This document shows, piece by piece, positions 49,489 to 54,082 of a DNA stretch of 54,082 bases (positions are counted from its first letter, which is position 1; each line of letters begins with the position of its first letter). The stretch comes from Candidatus Binatia bacterium (GTDB lineage Bacteria > Pseudomonadota > Alphaproteobacteria > Dongiales > Dongiaceae), in contig DATKNM010000224.1 of the NCBI GenBank assembly GCA_035541335.1, positions 1-54,082 on the forward strand, written 5' to 3'. The notes under the pieces were generated by a model, which made no database searches, was not told the origin of the DNA, and saw only the letters and a program-made list of their open reading frames with translations. The translations under genes and the position numbers were made by a program.

Positions 49489-50559
49489 ATGATCCCGCCG
49501 TTCATGCAAGGGGTTCAATTGGTCGGGCATGGCGGCCCGGAAAAGCTCGTCTGGAATGAGCGAATCCCGACGCCGCTACCCGCGCCGGGCCGTGTCCTGG
49601 TCCGGGTCCTCGCAGCCGGCGTCAACAACACGGATATCAATACGCGGATCGGCTGGTATTCAAAATCAGTGTCAGTCGGCACTCAAGAGATCGGCGAAGG
49701 CCTGCAGATCGAAGCGGGCGGATGGTCCGGGGCATTGTCTTTCCCTCTCATCCAGGGAGGTGACCTGTGCGGAGAAGTGGTGGCTTTGGGCGACGGGGTG
49801 AAAAACCTGCGCCTCGGGATGCGCGTAACCTGCCCCATCAATCAACCCGTGCCGACCGATATTCATCCCATGCGCTTCGTCGCCATTGGCTCGGAATATG
49901 ACGGCGCCTTTGCCCAGTTCTGTTCGATTCCCGCCGATCAGCTTTACGACGTCAGCAGCTCGTCCCTCACCGACGTGGAAATTGCGGCAATTCCGTGTAG
50001 TCACGGTACTGCGATCAACCTGCTCAAACGCGCCGGTGTCCGCCGGGGAGACAAAGTGCTTGTCACTGGTGCATCCGGTGGTGTCGGACTCGCGGTCGTC
50101 GAACTTGCAACTCTCTTCGGGGCCGAAGTCACCGCCATCGCGAGTCCCCACAAACAAACCGCGGTGAGGGCTGCGGGTGCCAAGTCCACCCTGGATCGCG
50201 ATGCGCGGTTGGAACCGGGAGTTTTCTCGGCCGCGATAGACGTGGTCGGCGGTCCGGGCATTGCGCAAGTTCTCGACTCGCTGGCGCCCGGAGGGCGATA
50301 TGCGATTTCAGGAGCGATCGCCGGGCCGATTGTACAGGCTGACCTGCGAACCATCTATCTCAACGACCTCACCATCTTCGGCTGCACCTACACGCCGCGA
50401 AAGGTCTTTGCCGAGCTGATCGAACTGGTAAAGCAGGGTAAGGTCAGACCTTTGGTTTCCAAGACTTATCCGCTACGAGATATTGCGAAGGCGCAGGTGG
50501 ATTTCGCGGCGAAGACCTATCCCGGGAAGCTCGTTCTGATCCCTCCACCTCCATCGTAA
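49489..50559 (+). CDS. Medium-chain (zinc-binding alcohol) dehydrogenase family protein
   Basis: HGGPEKL, VLAAGVNNTD, PLIQGGDLCGEV, DGAFAQF, VLVTGASGGVG, GKLVL. Confidence 0.9.
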   Translation: MIPPFMQGVQLVGHGGPEKLVWNERIPTPLPAPGRVLVRVLAAGVNNTDINTRIGWYSKSVSVGTQEIGEGLQIEAGGWSGALSFPLIQGGDLCGEVVALGDGVKNLRLGMRVTCPINQPVPTDIHPMRFVAIGSEYDGAFAQFCSIPADQLYDVSSSSLTDVEIAAIPCSHGTAINLLKRAGVRRGDKVLVTGASGGVGLAVVELATLFGAEVTAIASPHKQTAVRAAGAKSTLDRDARLEPGVFSAAIDVVGGPGIAQVLDSLAPGGRYAISGAIAGPIVQADLRTIYLNDLTIFGCTYTPRKVFAELIELVKQGKVRPLVSKTYPLRDIAKAQVDFAAKTYPGKLVLIPPPPS

Positions 50560-50890
50560 GCCGGTGTTCTTTGCGTGCGGCAGCCGGTTCCAGCGGCGTG
50601 ATCGGATGATCCCTCCCGTGCGCCCCGGCGACGTTCGTCAGCCCAAGAAGCGAACGAAGCTTTTAGGGGGCAAGGGATGTTCGCCGTTTTCCGGATGACC
50701 GTTTCTGCCGCGAAGCGGACTCTAAGGCCTCATATTTTCGCTCGTGCCCGTTTCGGCCCAAAACGCCACTAGTGAGCGTCCCAAAACGCCGTTAGCGGAT
50801 CGACCTAACCTGATGGCGTGATGGCAGCATCTGGCGCATAGCGGCCGCTCGGCGTGGATCGCTGGTCGCAGCTTGGTTGCTGCGCGCAAC

Positions 50891-51394
50891 TCAACCGGAA
50901 CAGATTGCCGGATCAAAAGGCCATCTGAGTCCGACTAAGGGCGCAATCGCAGCTTTGGCGACCAAAGCGAATGCGATCGGATGCAGGCTGTCGATCGCCA
51001 TGTAGAGGAACGCGAAGCTCGCGATCGCGAAGGCGTAGTGCAGCCTCCCGCTCCGCGTCGGTCGCGTTCCTTTCAGATCTGTTGGAAATGCAAGTACACC
51101 GAGCCGCAACACGGCCACGAGCACGAGGCAGAGCCAGCCTCGTCTCGGGAAACGACCATCGTCGAACAAGGCCCAAGCGAACATTATACTGGCGAGGCAG
51201 CCGACTAGGCCGTACGCGATAAAAAGCCGGCGCGTCCCACCAACACCGTAGTCGCTGACAGCGTGCGAGATGATGCTGTACCTCCCGCCCAAATGAAGCA
51301 TCCCGAGGAGGATAAGCTGAACCCCATAGGCGATCCCGGCTGCGAGAAAGACGGCATTCACTAGGGCATCCCATGATTGAGATCGTCTTGGCAT
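50891..51394 (-). CDS. DUF998-like membrane protein, probably C-terminally truncated
   Basis: HAVSDYGVG and FPTD..SGRLH motifs; several TM helices. Confidence 0.6.
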   Translation of the reverse strand: MPRRSQSWDALVNAVFLAAGIAYGVQLILLGMLHLGGRYSIISHAVSDYGVGGTRRLFIAYGLVGCLASIMFAWALFDDGRFPRRGWLCLVLVAVLRLGVLAFPTDLKGTRPTRSGRLHYAFAIASFAFLYMAIDSLHPIAFALVAKAAIAPLVGLRWPFDPAICSG

Positions 51395-51785
51395 CCACAG
51401 ATCCTGCCGATGTGTCAGCTGACGCCAAGCAGGGAATCTAGCTGGTCAGAAAGGATGGGCATAAGTCCGCCGACCGAAGTGCCCTGGCAAGACCCTCGAC
51501 GATGTTCCCAGGATCCGGATGTGCAACATCGGCTACCGGGAAGGCGTGCTCCGTCAGCCCGCTACTCGGACACTCATTGGCCTTTGACCGCAAACGGGGG
51601 GGGGACAGACCTTCGGGGCGCGACGAGATGTAGCACCACGAACGCGCGCAGAATTGATCTGGAGCAAAGTGAGCTGCGGAGATGGCCGCATTGTTTTGCG
51701 ACGCAGACCCGGTGCCCGCTGCCGATACCAGCCGCAGAGAACGCCCGGGGCTCGGATCTGCCTCACACGGAGCAGGACACGACCC

Positions 51786-54082
51786 ATGAAACTCACCCGC
51801 AGAATGTTCGCAGCACAGTCGGCGGCCCTTGGGGCGCTCGCCGGTGCCTGGTCGACGGAGGTATCCGCTCATTCACTGCTAACCTCGCCCCTGCTCGAAT
51901 CGAGCAATCGTCTGACGGCCACCCACTGGGGCATCATCCGCGCAAGTGTCGAGGCAGGGCGCTTGGCTGGAGTGACCCCATATGAGAAGGATGCCTTCGC
52001 ACCATCGCCGGTGATCCAGGCCTTCCAGGATGCCGTCTACTCGCCAACCCGAGTCAAATACCCGATGGTCCGACAAGGATTCCTGAAGGACGGCGCAAAG
52101 AGCGACACCACGATGCGAGGCAAGGACGAGTTCGTCCGCGTAAGCTGGGACGAGGCCTTCACCCTGGTTGCCGCCGAGCTCGATCGGGTGAAGAAGGCCT
52201 ATGGCCCTAGCGCAATCCACACCGGTACCACAGACTGGCATTCGGTCGGCAAGCTGCATGCGTCACCGGTCCTGCTGCGCCGAATGCTTGGTCTCAATGG
52301 CGGCTACACCGACAACACGGGCGACTTCAGCATTTCGGCGGCAATGGTGATCATGCCGCACATCGTCGGCGGAACCGAGGTCTACAGCCAGCCCACCGCC
52401 TGGACCACGGTCCTCGACCACTCGGACCTAGTCGTGTTGTGGGGCTGCAATCTGTTCAAGAACAACCAGATCGGCTGGACTCCGACCGACCATAGCGCGT
52501 ACGAGTACATGGCGAAGCTGAAGAAGAAGGGTACGCCGGTCATCTCGATCGACCCCCGAGTGACGGACGAGGCCCAGTACTTCAATGCTCAGTGGGTCGC
52601 CCCGCGGCCGAACACTGACACAGCTTTGATGCTCGCATTGGCCCATGTGCTCTACACTGAGAAGCTGTACGACCAGAAATTCGTCGATACCTATACCGTC
52701 GGCTTCAAGAAATTCCTGCCGTATTTATTGGGCGAGGACGACAACACGCCGAAGACGCCGGAATGGGCCGAGAAGATCACCACCGTCCCTGCCGATAAGA
52801 TCAAGGAGCTGGCGCGGCGGCTGGTGAAAGGCCGCACTATGATCATGAGCGGCTGGGCGATCCAGCGCCAGGATCACGGCGAGCAGACGTACTGGATGCT
52901 GATGACCCTCTCAGCGATGATCGGCCAGATCGGCTTGCCGGGTGGCGGCTTCGGGCTTAGCTACCACTATGCAAACGGCGGCTCCCTGACTGCGAAATCA
53001 GCAGCTCTCGGCGGCATCAGCGCCGGCGACAATCCGGTGAAGGATGCGATCCCCTACTGCCACGCCCTCAACGACATGCTGCTCAATCCGGGCGGCACGA
53101 TCGACTACAACGGCACAAAGATCACCTTCCCGGACATCAAGCTAATCTATTGGGCGGGCGGCAACCCGTTCACGCATCAGTTCGACCGCAACAAGCAGAT
53201 CAAGGCCTGGCAGAAGCCGGAGACGATCATCGTCAACGAGCCCTACTGGACCGCAACGGCGAAGTTTGCTGACATCGTGCTGCCGGTGAACACTACCTTC
53301 GAACGGAACGACATCGAATCGGTGAGCGAGTACAGCGGCAAGTACATCATCGCCATGCCGCAGCTGGTCGAATCCCAATGGGACTCGAAGAGCGACTTCG
53401 ACATCTTCACCGGCATCGCGGAGAAGCTCGGCTTCAAGGACAAGTACACCGACGGCAAGAGCGAGATGCAGTGGATTGAGTCGATTTACAACGATGCGCT
53501 GACCGCGGCCAAGAAGGACGGCCTCAAGATGCCGGCCTTTGCCGATTTCTGGAAGGGCCCGGGCGTGTTCGAGTTCCCGGTGCCGAAGGAGGCCAGGAAC
53601 TACACGCGGTACAGCGAGTTCCGCGCCGACCCCATCGCCAATGCGCTGGGCACGCCCTCGGGCAAGATCGAGATTTTTTCAAAGACTATTGCCGACTTCG
53701 GCTACGACGATTGCCCGGGCCATCCGACCTGGATGGAGCCGGCCGAATGGCTGGGCTCCAGCCTGACGGCCAAGTACCCGCTGCACATCGTCTCGCCGCA
53801 CCCGAACTATCGGCTGCACTCGCAGATGAACAACACTTGGCTCAGGGAGCTCTATGAGGTGGCCGGCCGCGAGCCGATCTGGCTCAACCCGGACGATGCG
53901 AAGACCCGGGGCATCGCTGATGGCGACGTAGTCAAGGTGTTCAACGACCGCGGCGCTTTGCTGGCGGGGGCGATCGTGACCGATCGGATCCGCCAGGGCG
54001 TGGTCATGCTGCAGGAAGGCGCCTGGTACGACCCGGACAAGCCCGGCGAGGTCGGCGCCATGTGCAAACACGGCAACATCAA
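51786..54082 (+). CDS. Tat-exported Mo-bisPGD S/N-oxide reductase (TorA/DorA/BisC family), 3'-truncated by window
   Basis: Absent from the ORF track because it has no stop in the window. MKLTRRMF twin-Arg signal, THWG, RVKYPMVR, FVRVSWDEA, Mo-ligand Ser in GDFS, QRQDHGEQ, GQIGLPGGGFG, TPSGKIEI, HPNYRLHSQ. Confidence 0.95.
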   Translation, partial: MKLTRRMFAAQSAALGALAGAWSTEVSAHSLLTSPLLESSNRLTATHWGIIRASVEAGRLAGVTPYEKDAFAPSPVIQAFQDAVYSPTRVKYPMVRQGFLKDGAKSDTTMRGKDEFVRVSWDEAFTLVAAELDRVKKAYGPSAIHTGTTDWHSVGKLHASPVLLRRMLGLNGGYTDNTGDFSISAAMVIMPHIVGGTEVYSQPTAWTTVLDHSDLVVLWGCNLFKNNQIGWTPTDHSAYEYMAKLKKKGTPVISIDPRVTDEAQYFNAQWVAPRPNTDTALMLALAHVLYTEKLYDQKFVDTYTVGFKKFLPYLLGEDDNTPKTPEWAEKITTVPADKIKELARRLVKGRTMIMSGWAIQRQDHGEQTYWMLMTLSAMIGQIGLPGGGFGLSYHYANGGSLTAKSAALGGISAGDNPVKDAIPYCHALNDMLLNPGGTIDYNGTKITFPDIKLIYWAGGNPFTHQFDRNKQIKAWQKPETIIVNEPYWTATAKFADIVLPVNTTFERNDIESVSEYSGKYIIAMPQLVESQWDSKSDFDIFTGIAEKLGFKDKYTDGKSEMQWIESIYNDALTAAKKDGLKMPAFADFWKGPGVFEFPVPKEARNYTRYSEFRADPIANALGTPSGKIEIFSKTIADFGYDDCPGHPTWMEPAEWLGSSLTAKYPLHIVSPHPNYRLHSQMNNTWLRELYEVAGREPIWLNPDDAKTRGIADGDVVKVFNDRGALLAGAIVTDRIRQGVVMLQEGAWYDPDKPGEVGAMCKHGNI

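Overview
GC-rich bacterial DNA, probably alphaproteobacterial (inferred from gene families). 1-9.6 kb is a redox/stress cluster. It holds a PAS histidine kinase, a single-domain receiver and a FixJ/NodW-like regulator, then an enoyl-CoA hydratase, a cupin, a degenerate IorB-like fragment and a DJ-1/PfpI protein. The hydratase, cupin and DJ-1 genes each have the same palindromic operator about 100 bp upstream. msrA, ahpC-ahpF and a damaged cobalamin riboswitch-cbtBA locus follow. 10-18.6 kb is a giant RTX protein with two 7-bladed FG-GAP propellers. 19.2-25.7 kb is an uncharacterised pair of ~1,070-aa genes with pore-forming-toxin-like features. From 28.7 kb onward the DNA looks like tandem genomic islands. 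Two same-orientation tRNA-Val 3' fragments (28676, 38275), each followed by paired GTCATAG motifs, bound a 9.6-kb element with a broken tyrosine integrase and two very large uncharacterised genes (1,572 and 1,316 aa). Then come a FecR-domain gene, a second giant duplicated RTX/S-layer-like gene, a LuxR-type regulator, an MDR dehydrogenase, a DUF998-like gene and a Tat-exported TorA/DorA-family molybdoenzyme running off the end. The best candidates for an undescribed system are the two pairs of giant hypothetical genes. Family assignments come from motif recognition; no database searches were run.
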